Shown here one piece after another: positions 27,004-40,847 of a stretch of 64,000 nt of DNA (its first letter is position 1; every line of letters begins with the position of its first letter). Below the pieces are notes generated by a model. The model ran no database searches. It was not told the DNA's origin and saw nothing but the letters and a program-made list of their open reading frames with translations. Origin of the DNA: Syncephalis fuscata S228 (taxonomy: Eukaryota > Fungi > Zoopagomycota); the NCBI GenBank assembly GCA_025786725.1, contig JAHLTZ010000008.1, positions 496,001-560,000 on the forward strand. The letters run 5' to 3'. Position numbers and translations under genes: made by a program.

Positions 27004-28652
27004 ATGCCACGTTTTGTATTTACACATACCAAGTTGTTGGTAAAACCAATTAAGACTTGTAAATTACCTGTGCCATTTGCCTGTCATTTCTCTACTGTCA
27101 GTAGTTCTGCCACAACGAGAGAAAGTTGCGAAAAAACGGCCATATATGCCTCTTGCTGGAAAAATCCATATCCAGATGATCAATTTGTAGTTAATGATTA
27201 TAATGGATTTCTTCCGCGCCAAGACCCATTAGTACGTCTTCCAAAAGAGTATGTTTCTTTAGAAAATTTACTGCAGCGTATGAGTATAAAACAACCGGAT
27301 GGCTCCCCAGGCTTACTAGAAGACAATGGATTTGGCAATGCCGTTTTGAAAGAATTCCCAGAATACGATGTTACTCGTGTAACCGATACTCGGATTTTAT
27401 CCGGTTAGTAAATCAGTAAATGATTGATAATAGTAAATTTAGCAACTTGATAATGTTTAGCACTTTATCGAGACCTGACTTTTGCCGCCAGTGCCTACTT
27501 ATTAGAGCCATGTGATGTGCAATTCCGCAAAACTGGCGAGTATGGTCTAGGCCGAGACGTACTTCCCCGTCAAATTGCTGTTCCATTGAGTGCTGTTGCT
27601 CAAAAAATAGGTGCACGCCCTTTTATGGAATATGCATTATCCTATGCTTTGTATAACTACCGTCGAGTGGACCCACTACGCCCACTAGACTACAAAAACC
27701 TTAAGCTTATACGCACATTCTCTGGCAATCAAGATGAACATGGCTTTATTCTTGTACACGTGGCAATGGTGCGATATTCCAACGCTCTCGTCGCAGCCTG
27801 TATTCGCAGCCTTGATGCGGTAGAAACTAAGGATCGCAAAGCATTTGATTCTGCCATGAAGGATGTTCGATCGATATACAATGAGATTATTGGAACTTTA
27901 GTTACTATGTGGAATCGAAGCGCACCCGAGAAATATTTAAGCTATCGCACTTTTATTATGGGAATTAAAAATCAAGTAAGTTTATCGATAAACTTTATAA
28001 ACATATCTAACATGACTGCTTTTAGCCTATGTTTCCAAATGGCATCATTTACGAAGGTGTATCCACCGAACGATTCAAGTTGCGTGGCGAATCTGGCGCC
28101 AACGACTCGATGATACCGCTTGGTGATAACCTTCTAGAACTTACAGCAGGCCATCCTAATAATCCATTGACCGAAGTGCTAAAAGACTTTCGCACGTACC
28201 GTCCACGTAATCACCGACTATTTCTTGAGCATATAAATTATCGCGCAACCTCACTTGGTTTACGTAAATTTGCCACGGCTGACGCTAATTCTGCTGCACT
28301 CTACCTTGCCAATCTTGATTTAATTCGATCATTTCGGCACCACCACTGGATGATGACAAAAGAATACATTATTAAACGTAGCAAACATCCAGTGGCCACT
28401 GGTGGATCACCCATTGTGACTTGGCTTCCAAACCAATTAATCTCTGTATTGGATACAATGAAAGAAGTAACCGACAACATTCAAATGAATCGGCTAACCG
28501 TGGATAATCATACTTTAGTAGCCGATATTAATCATCGCGCTTCGGCCGAAAAAAGAACACTTGCTCGTGAAGTGGCACAACTAGCTAAGCAAAGAGGTCG
28601 CAAAGCCACCCAAGTGGATGCTGTAGAAACGATTTCTACCAGGACGCAATAA
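27004..28652 (+). CDS. Indoleamine 2,3-dioxygenase, IDO-gamma/bacterial-like type, 3 exons
   Basis: NGFLPRQDP, PFMEYA.SYALYN, EHGFILVHV, YRTFIMG, MFPNGIIYEGV..RGESGANDSMIP, FRHHHW, TGGSPIVTWLPNQL. Confidence 0.9.
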
Positions 28653-28939
28653 TAAAGTTGTAATAAATTATAAAACCGCTATGAAAATACAGTAATAGTT
28701 ACAGGTATATAAGGTGCGTAAAAATGTAAATTAGTTTTTATTAATAATAATACATAACCAATTATGTAGCTATTTTTTAGATTGCAGAAGATCGCATCGT
28801 TTGAATGTAAGATTAAAATAAATTACAGTTACTAAATATAGAGGTAGTAAAGTCATTGTATTGGCTAAATTCTACTTTAGCTTCTACATTTTGAGTTTAC
28901 AAAGCAAAATCCACTCCAATTGAAGTCATGCTGTTATGC

Positions 28940-29210
28940 ATAACATAATTGTATTATTTTATATTAAATACTGTTAATAAACTGATTTAAATAAATAATT
29001 TAGCATGCTATTTGATTTCTTTGAAACATTTAGGGCCAATTATTGTTGTTATTGCCATGTGTAGAAAGATTGGTCAAATATTGACATTATTATATAATTT
29101 AATTTAAGCTATTAGCCATTTAATATGGTTTGTGGTCAAATGACTACATTTAATAAATTCAATCTATTGAACATGCTAATGGATGGTGAATGACATTAAA
29201 TATTAAATCA
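28940..29210. repeat. Dispersed repeat, copy 3 (longest copy)
   Basis: Right part matches the ~150-bp family. Left part (ttgaaacattt..gccatgtgtagaaagattggtcaaatatt) matches the reverse complement of 55060-55200. Confidence 0.65.
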
Positions 29211-29722
29211 AAAGGCGCTGAAGATTAATAAATATAGTGTGAATGGATTGTTGCTTATTAAATTTGTGTTATTAAGTGGTCATTATATAATTAGTATATA
29301 ATGATTAGTTACGCGGTAAATTGTAGTGTATCATATTATCACGTGTTTATATTAAGCGTGGTTTACCATAAAAGGAAATGTATTCAAGGTGAATATCTGA
29401 CGGCCAAGCCTTGAAATGTTGCAAGTGAATGTGGTATGATTTACGTTATTTTTAACAAAATTAAACGAAGTCGACATAGCACCGCTTCAATAAACAACAC
29501 TGTTTAGCATTAAAAACTGATTCATGGTTTATTGTTAAATTAAGCCATTAATCCCTTTGTTTCCAGTTTAACGTTAGGGGCTCAAAGTACAATGGCTCTA
29601 TTAAATCCAATAAAATGCGTGACTAAACACGCAGCTAGCACGCACACATCCATTCTATTCACCAATTGTTTCACTAATTATCTTTTACCTTTTACTTTAC
29701 CGTTATCATACTTAGTTGAGTC

Positions 29723-30505
29723 ATGGGATTTGACGCTGGCGGTAGCGCTTTAATGGGACCACTGAAGCAGGTCTATTCAGTGGCTCTGGCTTTCCGTCGT
29801 CCTTTTGCAGTAGTTGCCAAAGCTGTGAATGAGTTTTTAAAAGCGCCCGTCTCGGTCAACTTGACTAATAAAAGCGACCTTGTTCTGCTTAATGTCGCTT
29901 ATCATACAATTACTGGAAGCTGTATCTACCCAGGCCGACATCCTGTGCTTCGGCCAGGCAAAAAAGACGTCTATAAGTTCTCCAGTCCGGGGAAAAAGCC
30001 ATCCAACTGTGGCTATATTGTATTTGAACTGCGCGAAAGCCAAAATCAGCTATCAACGGCATTGCGGCACTATGTTGTGGTAGGCTGGCGCACTGGCCGA
30101 TTCCAGCGTAAACCGCGAGTTATTGTTCACATCTATAGCGTTGAAAAGAAGTATTCAATATGCACAACGCACGAACTGCTACAAGCAAGATGCCGTGACC
30201 AAAGGTGCTACTTATCAAGTGCATGTTCAACAGAGGCCTATTGCACCACCGAAATTGGCCCCAGAAACTATTACACAGTTAATGTGGCCATCAACGATGT
30301 ATTGCCGGCCACTCTTAACATTGAAATGACCAATGCCAGCAATCCAGGCTATATTACACGAGGCTACCATCCTACATGTCGTGGGTAAGTACCATTATTA
30401 TTATTATTCTACAATTCTATAGCACTTATACAATGTTGTTTTAGACACACACGATATGGAGATATGGACTCGAGACTTTCTAAACCATATACAAAGCGAC
30501 CCTGA
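29723..30505 (+). CDS. Actinoporin-like beta-sandwich protein 1 (putative cytolysin/lectin)
   Basis: Amphipathic N-terminal helix, then VSVNLTN..YHTITGSC..P.LRPG..YKF..GYIVFEL..VVVGW..IVHIY and C-terminal VNVAINDVLPATLNIEM, the actinoporin-like pattern. Probable phase-2 terminal intron at 30385. Confidence 0.55.
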
Positions 30506-30629
30506 CTGTAACTCCGTTTTTATCATTTTTATATTTTTAAATACAATACTCTTACTATTTGGAGGAATTTGCCAAAAGGCTTTGTTTTTCTGTAATGATG
30601 TTCATTGCAAACTAAATACTCTTTAAAAA

Positions 30630-31270
30630 CATGTTTTCTTTTTGATAGCCATTTCATTAGTAGTTTGTATTTGTTTTTCAATAAAAACTTTTATTTTAAT
30701 ATTAACTACTGTTTCAACATTATTAGTGCTAATTCTTAAAAGCATATTTTCGTATTGTATTTTTGAGTTATATTTACTACAAATATATCGCTGGAAGTCT
30801 TTCAACAGGTAGAACATGGTTGGCATTACTGTTAATATTGGTATAATCAACTAAACTACGTAAATAAACAAAGTTTTAAATTAAAATTCATTGCATTTAT
30901 TGTAATTAGCTTTTTTCTGTCAGGTAATTTGAGCTATTAGTATAAGTTAAAGCTATTTGATACTAAACATTTAAGCTATTTTTTCCATTTCTTTCCTTCT
31001 TTGGTTACTTGGTCAAAGCTACATCATTCTTTTTTATTGAATCAAAAGCATATTAGATTTTGTAATAAGAAATAACCACACTTGTTAAGCTATTACAGTT
31101 GTTAGTGTGTATTAAATAGTCAAATATGTATTTAATGCTTTTACTTGTACATTTTTAACTTTACATTTAAAAATGTAGCAATATCATTTACAATTGCCAA
31201 CAAGCTTAAACTTGTCAGTGGCAATCCTCGGTTTTTTGATACTGGTAAACATAATCTTTTCAAATAATTT
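30630..31270 (-). mobile_element. Degenerate MULE-derived repeat between the two actinoporin-like genes
   Basis: Colinear with 6560-7020 and partly with 63460-63570. Confidence 0.6.
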
Positions 31271-31701
31271 ATTAGACATCGCATGTAATTGAAAAATACA
31301 GTTGGGCTATTGCAGTTACTTCTGGCACACAATACAATACTTTTATTACTTGATATACACAATCATATAATTATTTGCACAATTGTAGCATAACATTAAG
31401 CTATCCAACCAGTTATTCAAGTTACATGATTAACACTTTACTAGCACATATTTAGTATCTTTGCCTTGACACTTGCTATTGTTGTATAGCCATGCGCCAC
31501 TAACACGTGACTCTTTGTTCTATGCGCAGATACGCATGATAAGCACATGTTTTCTTCAAACAACTCGCCTATTTACACACAATCCTTATTGCTATTCACC
31601 TGTCCTTAGTATCTCGTTTCATATTCCACACGCTGAGCGTGCCATTCCGTTAACTTAATTACTCTATTCTGCTTCTATTTGCCGCAAAACAACAACTAAT
31701 C

Positions 31702-32824
31702 ATGGGTGACAATACTGCCGACGCAGCCAATTTGGTGCTGAACAATATGGCAAGCGTAGCGAAAGTGTTTAGTGGCGCACGCACTGTATTATCTGAGTTT
31801 CAGCAAACAGTACAACAAATGCAAGAAACAGACAAAATGCATCGTACGTCCACTGCAATTACTGTATCAAATCAACATCAGCACCTTCAGCTTATTGACG
31901 GTGCCTATGTGACATCAACCGGCCTATGTGACCCGCCAATTAATCTATTTATTAATACTGGAGAAACGCAGCGATGGGTATTCAATTCAAGTGTTCTGAA
32001 GTTCTCAACAAAAGGATGTGTTATATATGAAGTGCGTGACTTGAAAAACGGTCTAGGCTCCGACTTTGAGGAGCTAGTGAACTCAGATAGCGACGATTAT
32101 GATACCGCAAAAACAGCTGCTAATGACGAAAAAAGATTACCCACTCAAAAAGAGCGTGTTTTTATTGTAGCTGGTGCATGGGCTGGCCTATGGAAGCGCA
32201 GTCGTATGATGCTCGGCGTATTTAGAACAACTGACAACTTTGCTTTGACGTCAGATCCTGGGCGACAAGGAGCCTATAAAGCCATAAAAGGCGAATTTTA
32301 TCCTCCAGGTGCCCGTTTGCGTGTAGGTGGTCGTCTAGGCAGTGAAGGATTTTCAGTAACTGCACAAATGAACGAAAATAATCCAGCACGTATGACGGTG
32401 GTTCTTGAGCATTGGGATTGTTGCGATACAGAGGAAGGTGGCTATGTAGCTACAAGGTAATTAACAGCAGTTTTTAATTAATACGAATTAAGTAATAGCT
32501 AAATTGTATTGATATAGAGCCAGAGGTGAAAATGATGTCACTTTTGCAAAATACACGCCACCAACTTTGCAAACACCGCTATTTGTAAGACCACGTAACT
32601 ATATTTCCAAGGAAGACGACGAAGAGGAAGAGGAAGAGAAAGAAGAAGAAGAAGAAGTAGTAGAGAAAGTAGAGAAAGAAGAAAAGAAAGATGCTGCTCC
32701 TACTGGTGATGCTGAACCAACATTTAGTAGCATAGGTGATGCTACACAAGCTATTCTAGATGTAGTGGGTGGTCTTGGTGATAATAACAAGCCAGAAGAC
32801 GAAAAAGCTGAACAAAAGGAATAA
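31702..32824 (+). CDS. Actinoporin-like protein 2 with Glu/Lys-rich C-terminal tail, 2 exons
   Basis: Amphipathic N-terminus, then TAITVSN..LQL..YVTSTGLCDPP..INTGE..WVF..TKGCVIYEV..FIVAGAW and FSVTAQMNENNPARMTVVL. Intron about 32457-32518 joins it to the acidic ORF 32567-32824. Confidence 0.6.
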
Positions 32825-33522
32825 CATCACTTTAAAATACTAAAAGATTATCAGTCAAGTGTTATTATCTAAGAAGGCTGGTGTGGTATTTTTCAACTTT
32901 TCCTTTATATTATTACAAGCAATATGATTTATTTTATTAAACTATTTTACATATTAAACTACAGTGAACATCACAGTAAAAACAGCAATAGTTTTGTTTA
33001 GTTGGTCATTAATATATATATATATATATAATATGTATCAAAAACTACGCTATTCAACATAGTTGAATACTAATAATAGCCTTTTAATCTATACAAGAAC
33101 TGAGCACAATAGCATTGTAACCTATTATTTCTTGTATACAAACATCATCAATATACCAATTGAATCATTTCCATCTCAACGCACGTCACAATAAGGCGTT
33201 GTTGTCTTTATTTACAATTAGAATGAAACGAAATAAGTCATCAAACACACGCACACGCATGTTATATTGATTGTGTGCCATATGACTGTAACACATCAAT
33301 AAAATCTGCTACAATTATAAACATACGTATTTACATACGCAACTGTGTCGCACTTTCAATATATATACACCATCATTCCATTAAATCGACAATGAACAAC
33401 TTCTTTCCCTTCTTTCGTGCCATTACATATTACACCCTCTAACCGACGATTAGCGTAGAACGGATTGCTTGTTCAGGTCCAGTACTGGCTGTTGTATCTA
33501 TACAGCGACAGAAATAAGCACA

Positions 33523-36500
33523 ATGTATCGCTCGGTATCCTCTTCTTCTCGATACTCTGCTTCGCCTCCTACATCAACACTTAGCACTAGTCAGGCTAGT
33601 CAGTCAGGCGGCGGATTAAGCGCAGGAGCAGTTCAAACAGGCGGTAGTGGCAGTAACGGTGGCGCTAGCGGTGGCGGCAACTTTGGTTCTAATAGCCGAT
33701 CAAGTCTTTCGGGAGCTGGCGCCCATCGACTAGAGCAAATCTTGCAGAATTTCTACTTGAAAACCGCACAGATCATCACGCAGTCTAGACAATCGGGCGT
33801 CAATGCGTCTAGTCATTCTAAAGATCCATTGCGGCAACCGTCGTTGGATACGCTCAACAGCACCTCTACAGGACGACCGAGCGGCCAGCCACGCAAAACA
33901 AACAAATGGGTAGGTAGTAGTGTAGCTAACGAACGGAGATGAACGAATGAATATACTGACCGGGGTTTATAGTTTAACATGGAGCTAGAAGATACAGACG
34001 AGTTACGAGACGAGTTAAAATTATGGAAAGCGACGGCTGTACTTTCGGTAACGCCACCACCACCCATGATTATCGAAGTGTTTGTCGATTGTAGTGATTT
34101 GGCACCTTCACAAATACCTGTGTTAATGGACGGCGATCAAGGTAGAAAGGCCAAAATTGAAGGCATTTCAACAAATAGTGGTGGCCATCTGGGATTTGGA
34201 AGCCATCGTCGAAGTACCATTTTGCTAGAATCATGGCAATTAACACTTGAGTAAGTATTATTTACGAGTAATATCGATCAATATTAACGTGAAATTAATA
34301 GTACACAAGCCTCTTCATCGCTACCCGAGCTGCCCACACTTTATAAGCGATGTATTATGTTCTTTCGTGCTCTGTTCACCTACACTCGCCTGTTGCCATC
34401 ATATCGATTATGTCGACGTTTACGCCGATCACTAGGCCAATCGATACCGTTGCATATTGGTTATCGATTTACAACGGTGACTAGTGCACGACCCGATGAA
34501 ATCCAGCTTGAAATGCCTCTAACTGATCTTGAGCCACGTCCTATTACAAATACACATCGTTTTGAAACGGTAGATACACCCGCCGGCTTGTTTACACTAC
34601 AAGTGACCTATCGACAATACTGTGAATTAACGGTCAATGATCCAGAACAGCTGCTTAGTTCGAGCCTAGTTGATATGGAAGAAAACTATTTCTCACCATC
34701 ATTGGTACAAGAATCTAGAATGCGCAGCTTACTTCAACGAGACCTTAAAAGAGATGGCGAACTAAGCATGCCTTCTTCTCCTGTCAATACAGTAAGTAGT
34801 AATAATAATAGCGATAGCAATAATAATACTCTGATTTAATTTATTAATTATATAATAATAATATAGTCGGCTTTACATGCTCAATCGTGGCGAACTGGCT
34901 CATCACTTCGGCCTATGCCTGCTTCATTTCCCAATCCAGCACCAAGTGCTTTTTTTTCTTTAGGCGAAGGTACGCCCACTTCTACCATCAGCAACGGACC
35001 TGAAGAAGATCCAAATCACGCGGCCACATTGCCATTGGACGGATCACCGATATTTAGTCCGCCTCTCTTTTCAACGACTGGTCATGCACCGACTGAATCG
35101 AGAATGCGTTCATTATTGTCGCAAACATCAGCCTATAGTACAACTGATTCACTACCACCATTCTCTAATCCTATAGACATGGTAAGTATTATTATAGCAA
35201 TAATAGCAATAATAATAACAATAGTATTGACTCATGATGATGATTATAGCATAGGCTAGCCCATCGATCATCACGTGGATCAATGAAATCGGTAGCTTCA
35301 CGTTCCAGTTCTCGTCCACCATCAATTGTATCTTCGTCGCCACGTGATACTACTCATTTCATAGCAGGTGGTCATCGGGCATCAACATCTATTGGGTCAG
35401 CAGTCATTGCCACCACACCATCACATATTAATAATAACACTACAAATGTGAATACACATACAAATATTAATACAATCACACCACCCTCTGTATCTAACAT
35501 TTATGCCGGCATGGTCATGGATCGATCATCTTCAGGAAGGCCACCGTCATTCACTTCAATGTCGCCCCATGATATATTTCCACCCCGTAGTTCTCCTGCC
35601 TCTAAAGGATCACCTTCATTGTACGCAATGCATCAAGCAGGCCATAGCTATAGCAATAGCGGTAATATGGATGCTGGTACAGTACCGTCACCTCAAACAT
35701 CTGGCGGTATTCTACCGTCATTTACATTGCCTTTTGCTGTAGCCATTCCATCTCAACGACTATCGGGTGCATCTATTTCATCGCAAGATGTAGTGCCACC
35801 CCGAACATTACCTGTTCATTCAGGATCAAGTAACTTGGCCAGACGTACTTCTAACTCACAATCAGGTAATAATAATAATAATAATAATAATAAGTATTTA
35901 TATAACAAGTAATTAACACCAGTAAATCAAATAGTCAGAAGGGGTCGTAGCAATACAAGACAAAGTGATGAAAGTATTACTAGTGAGCGGCGTCTTTCAC
36001 GTGGATCTGTACGCTCGGTAAGTTTATTAGTACTAAACAGTTAAATGTATATTTATTATGATATATAGTTTACAGCAACTGCATCGCAAAAGGATGTTGA
36101 CGATGTGGCCTCATTTGTGCATATGATTGATACGCATATGTCGATGCAATTAAGTGGAGGCAATGGTGGAGAAGCTAGCAGTGGGCCAAATGCATCATCA
36201 CGTAGACAATCCTCAGATAGACGTCTATCAATTGGTATAGGCCATACGAGTAATACTTCATTACTACTTCATGATACTGATCATGCCTTATCAAGATTTC
36301 AACAACTGCGTGATGAAACAAATCTACTTACTGAATCGATGCAACTAGGCCATGCCTTGTCATCATCACAGCATCCATCTCAGTTAGTGGGTGCATCTGG
36401 TCTACCACCACCATCCACATCAACTATATCGTCGATCTCCTCAATGGCCACTACAGGACGTGGTCGACCTACTTCACGCCATTCATTCACTAATCTTATA

Positions 36501-37055
36501 CTGCCTCATCGACGTACACCGAGCAATGGCAGCATTAATAGTGAACGAACACCAGGGCCTATAATACGTCATTCAAGAGCCAATACATTAGAGGGTGATA
36601 GCGATCAGCCCAGTTCATCGTTACCATTTGCTTCATCGATACCACCAGCCTCTGAGCCAGTATCTAATGAACCACTGTCGACGGCACCAGACTCGCCTTC
36701 AATGGCATGTGCACCATTATTGGCCATTGCTGATCGGCCATTCTTAGCGGATGACTTGCCTGTCCCACTGGCCGATGAAGCAATGAATGATTCGCCTATG
36801 AATCCCAATACACATGTAAGACGTATGTCATTAGTGACACGTGTTCCTAATACTGGTCTATCATTGGAGGATGCATCAATAACGAATACGGATGAGCAAC
36901 CAGATAACTCGTTGTTATCACAGCCATCAAGAGAATTTGGCGGCAATAGTCTAGAAGATGATGGTATGATATTCGGCTTGGCTGATTTATCATTCGGCGA
37001 ACGAAGTGCCGGTAGTGGAGGTGCTGTAGGACCTCATCGACCGCCTCATTGGTAA
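33523..37055 (+). CDS. ATG13: Autophagy protein Atg13 (HORMA domain plus disordered Ser-rich tail), multi-exon
   Basis: LEQILQNFYLKTAQII, KTNKWFNMEL, PPPMIIEVFVD, ILLESWQL, LPTLYKRCIMFFRALFTYTRLLPSYRL, GLFTLQVTYR. Confidence 0.9.
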
Positions 37056-37341
37056 AAAGAGTGGAAATTAGTATATATGTATGTATCTATGTGGATATGT
37101 ATCCAAGTATCTATGTGCGTGTATTTAGAAAGAAAGAAAAGAAGAAAATGGCTGGTAAAAAGAAACTAGATTCAATGTTATTTGTTAGTTGTTTCTTTTG
37201 TATATTATTTTAATTCTCTATCCAATATTATCTATCATAATCATTATACGATAATAAATAATTATATATTATTATTAAAGTAATAATATAGGAATAATTA
37301 GTTAATTAATTACATTTAATATAATAATCACACATCTTATA

Positions 37342-40151
37342 ACCAAGCAATATATCTGTATTCTAGCATTATTATATGATGTTGGACTTTGCTACTTGTT
37401 AACGATTACCTTAATGTTCAGAATAAAACGTGTTGGTGAGTCAATATTGATTTAGTAATAATAATTTAGATATAATAAACGGAATAGCTTGCATGATACT
37501 ATGAGTAATAAAGTAAAACTAGAAATCGAGTATATTTTATTGATACTAAATAAGGTTGCTGCTTTGTAGTAGGCATAACTAATAGTAAAACCAAATGCTT
37601 TAGTATTACACCATCAATGCAATGTTATTAGTTCGTAAAAACAAGTATTTACTAGTTATATTATTGTAATACTTTCTTATTGTTAGTAGTCGGTGCTGAT
37701 ATCCAATAGTGTATTGTTCTTGTGACCAATATGTAATCTTAACAGCCATTCGATAACACAGTGTAATGCTTGGCTGTGCTTCATAACAATACAATCATCA
37801 TATGATTGTAATACTTTATTTTTAATAGCTATCACCGCAGTAAAATGACGACATGGCACTAGTTTATAAATTTAAATATAAAAATTATTGCACTAATGCT
37901 ACGATAGTATGCAGCAATATCGAAAGAGTACTTTTAATGTAATTAGATGGCATGACTTAATGCATGTAAGTTAAAAAACAATAGTAGTTGTTTGATTGAT
38001 GAACTGTTGACCATAATATGTATAACTTTACGTAAAATAAAGTAAATCGCCTGATATTTTGTACAAATATGCTTATGGCATATAGGTAGCTATTGGCAAA
38101 GTATACCGTTATTAAGTTGTGTGGTAATGTAATGATTTTAATAATACGCTAATAAATGTGTAAAAATAGCAGTTTTTTACTGTTCATAACTTATATACTT
38201 AAAATACAGCAAAATGATTGCTGGATTCGAGTTCTTCGTGCTTAGTTATACAGATTAGTACAAGAATTGGAACAAAAGTTTTGCAAAAAAATGTTAGTCA
38301 AAAATCCAATTTACGTATTTTTAATTTATTTGGTAAAGCGCTAATGATATTACGTATAACTTTACGTATAATCAAGTAAATTGTCTGATATTTTGCACAA
38401 GTATGCACATAACATATAGATAGCCATTGGCAAAGTATACCGTTATTGTATTGCATAATAGTGCAATGGTAGCGATAATACGCCAATAAATGTGCAAAAA
38501 TAGCAGTTTTTTACCATTCATGACTTGTATAACTAAAATACAGCAAAATGATTGCTGGATTCGAGTTCCCCGTGCTTAGTTATACAGATCAGTATAAGAA
38601 TTAAAGCAATGATTTTTGCAACAAAAGTTGGTCGAAAATGCAATTTGAGTATTTGTTAACTAGAATTACGTTATACGTATACACATAGCATAACTCGCTG
38701 CTGTGCATTGCTATTTTAACATAATGACTTGCTATCATGTTTGTTTTAGCACTGTAGAGCGCTGTAGATTTACTTTAGATTTACTTTTATTTTTGTTATT
38801 AAATCTTTAAATTCGTGGGATTTGCATAATTTCTTGTCAACTAATAACACGTAAATTGCATTTTCGACCAACTTTTGTTGCAAAAATCATTGCTTTAATT
38901 CTTATACTGATCTGTATAACTAAGCACGGAGAACTCGAATCCAGCAATCATTTTGCTGTATTTTAAGTATACAAGTCATGAATGGTAAAAAACTGTTATT
39001 TTTGCACATTTATTAGCGTATTATCGCTACCATTGCACTATTATGCAATACAATAACGGTATACTTTGCCAATGGCTATCTATATGTTATGTGCATACTT
39101 GTGCAAAATATCAGACAATTTACTTGATTATACGTAAAGTTATACGTAATATCATTAGCGCTTTACCAAATAAATTAAAAATACGTAAATTGGATTTTTG
39201 ACTAACATTTTTTTGCAAAACTTTTGTTCCAATTCTTGTACTAATCTGTATAACTAAGCACGAAGAACTCGAATCCAGCAATCATTTTGCTGTATTTTAA
39301 GTATATAAGTTATGAACAGTAAAAAACTGCTATTTTTACACATTTATTAGCGTATTATTAAAATCATTACATTACCACACAACTTAATAACGGTATACTT
39401 TGCCAATAGCTACCTATATGCCATAAGCATATTTGTACAAAATATCAGGCGATTTACTTTATTTTACGTAAAGTTATACATATTATGGTCAACAGTTCAT
39501 CAATCAAACAACTACTATTGTTTTTTAACTTACATGCATTAAGTCATGCCATCTAATTACATTAAAAGTACTCTTTCAATATTGCTGCATACTATCGTAG
39601 CATTAGTGCAATAATTTTTATATTTAAATTTATAAACTAGTGTCATGTCGTCATTTTACTGCGGTGATAGCTATTAAAAATAAAGTATTACAATCATATG
39701 ATGATTGTATTGTTATGAAGCACAGCCAAGCATTACACTGTGTTATCGAATGGCTGTTAAGATTACATATTGGTCACAAGAACAATACACTATTGGATAT
39801 CAGCACCGACTACTAACAATAAGAAAGTATTACAATAATATAACTAGTAAATACTTGTTTTTACGAACTAATAACATTGCATTGATGGTGTAATACTAAA
39901 GCATTTGGTTTTACTATTAGTTATGCCTACTACAAAGCAGCAACCTTATTTAGTATCAATAAAATATACTCGATTTCTAGTTTTACTTTATTACTCATAG
40001 TATCATGCAAGCTATTCCGTTTATTATATCTAAATTATTATTACTAAATCAATATTGACTCACCAACACGTTTTATTTGAACATTAGGTGATCGTTAACA
40101 AGTATCAAAGTCTAACACCATGCAATAATGCTAGAATATGGTGCTGCTTGG
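37342..40151. mobile_element. Foldback-type giant inverted repeat (arms ~1.3 kb, spacer ~206 bp, internal ~330-bp duplicated unit)
   Basis: 37421-38646 is the near-exact reverse complement of 38853-40078. Identical 62-aa ORFs occur on opposite strands. Outer ends are degenerate. Confidence 0.9.
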
Positions 40152-40529
40152 CCATTAAGTTAAACTCTTAAAAGTAAAATTGCAACGTAATTTAACATGA
40201 TTTGGGAATCAAATGAGTATAGGCAATATTTGTGCAACTAAACTAACCACCCGTTTTATTGAAGATAAAATGGAATAGTGAGTTTGCTAATTTAAGTTAA
40301 TAAATAAAATAAGTATAAATCTCCAATGTATAGAGCTATTACTAAACAAACAATAGTTTGAATTAAAGCAATTTCAATTAGTCATTAAATAGTATATAGT
40401 AGAATAAATAAATAATAAGAGTGTGTGATTACAATGAATAAAGTGTGCTCAAGTCTATAAAAATAAAATATGATCGACATATAATATTTATATAAATAGA
40501 TAGAGATATATGAATACAGGATAGTGATA

Positions 40530-40650
40530 GTGATTATTTTGATCATTGATGTCACTCACCACCCAGTTCTATGTTCAATAAATAATGCTATCGATTATAG
40601 CCATTTGACTATCAAATCATATTAAATTGTTAATAAATTGTTTAAATAAA
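40530..40650. repeat. Dispersed ~150-bp repeat, copy 4
   Basis: tgatgtcactcaccaccc..atgttcaata...tagccatttgactatcaaatcatattaaat. Confidence 0.6.
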
Positions 40651-40847
40651 CAGTGTAGTGATAGTCGTATCTAGTGTATTGTATTCTAGTTATCTACATG
40701 CCAATAGCTTTTTAATTAAGCAAATATAATGCAACTCGAATTTCAAAAGTACGATAAACTATAAACAACAGTAACAGAGTTAACACTAAATATTATGTCG
40801 TCTCACTAAACACATTATACACTTTATTGGGATTATTTTAGTTTAAT

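Noticed and set aside
38215-38250. ggattcgagttc motif resembling a tRNA T-loop/B-box in the foldback arms
   Set aside because: No cloverleaf or A-box could be built. No tRNA gene is supported anywhere in the window.
37606-39893. Two identical 62-aa ORFs (37606-37794 minus, 39705-39893 plus) and ORF 38298-38486
   Set aside because: By-products of the palindrome, with non-ATG starts and no protein-like features.
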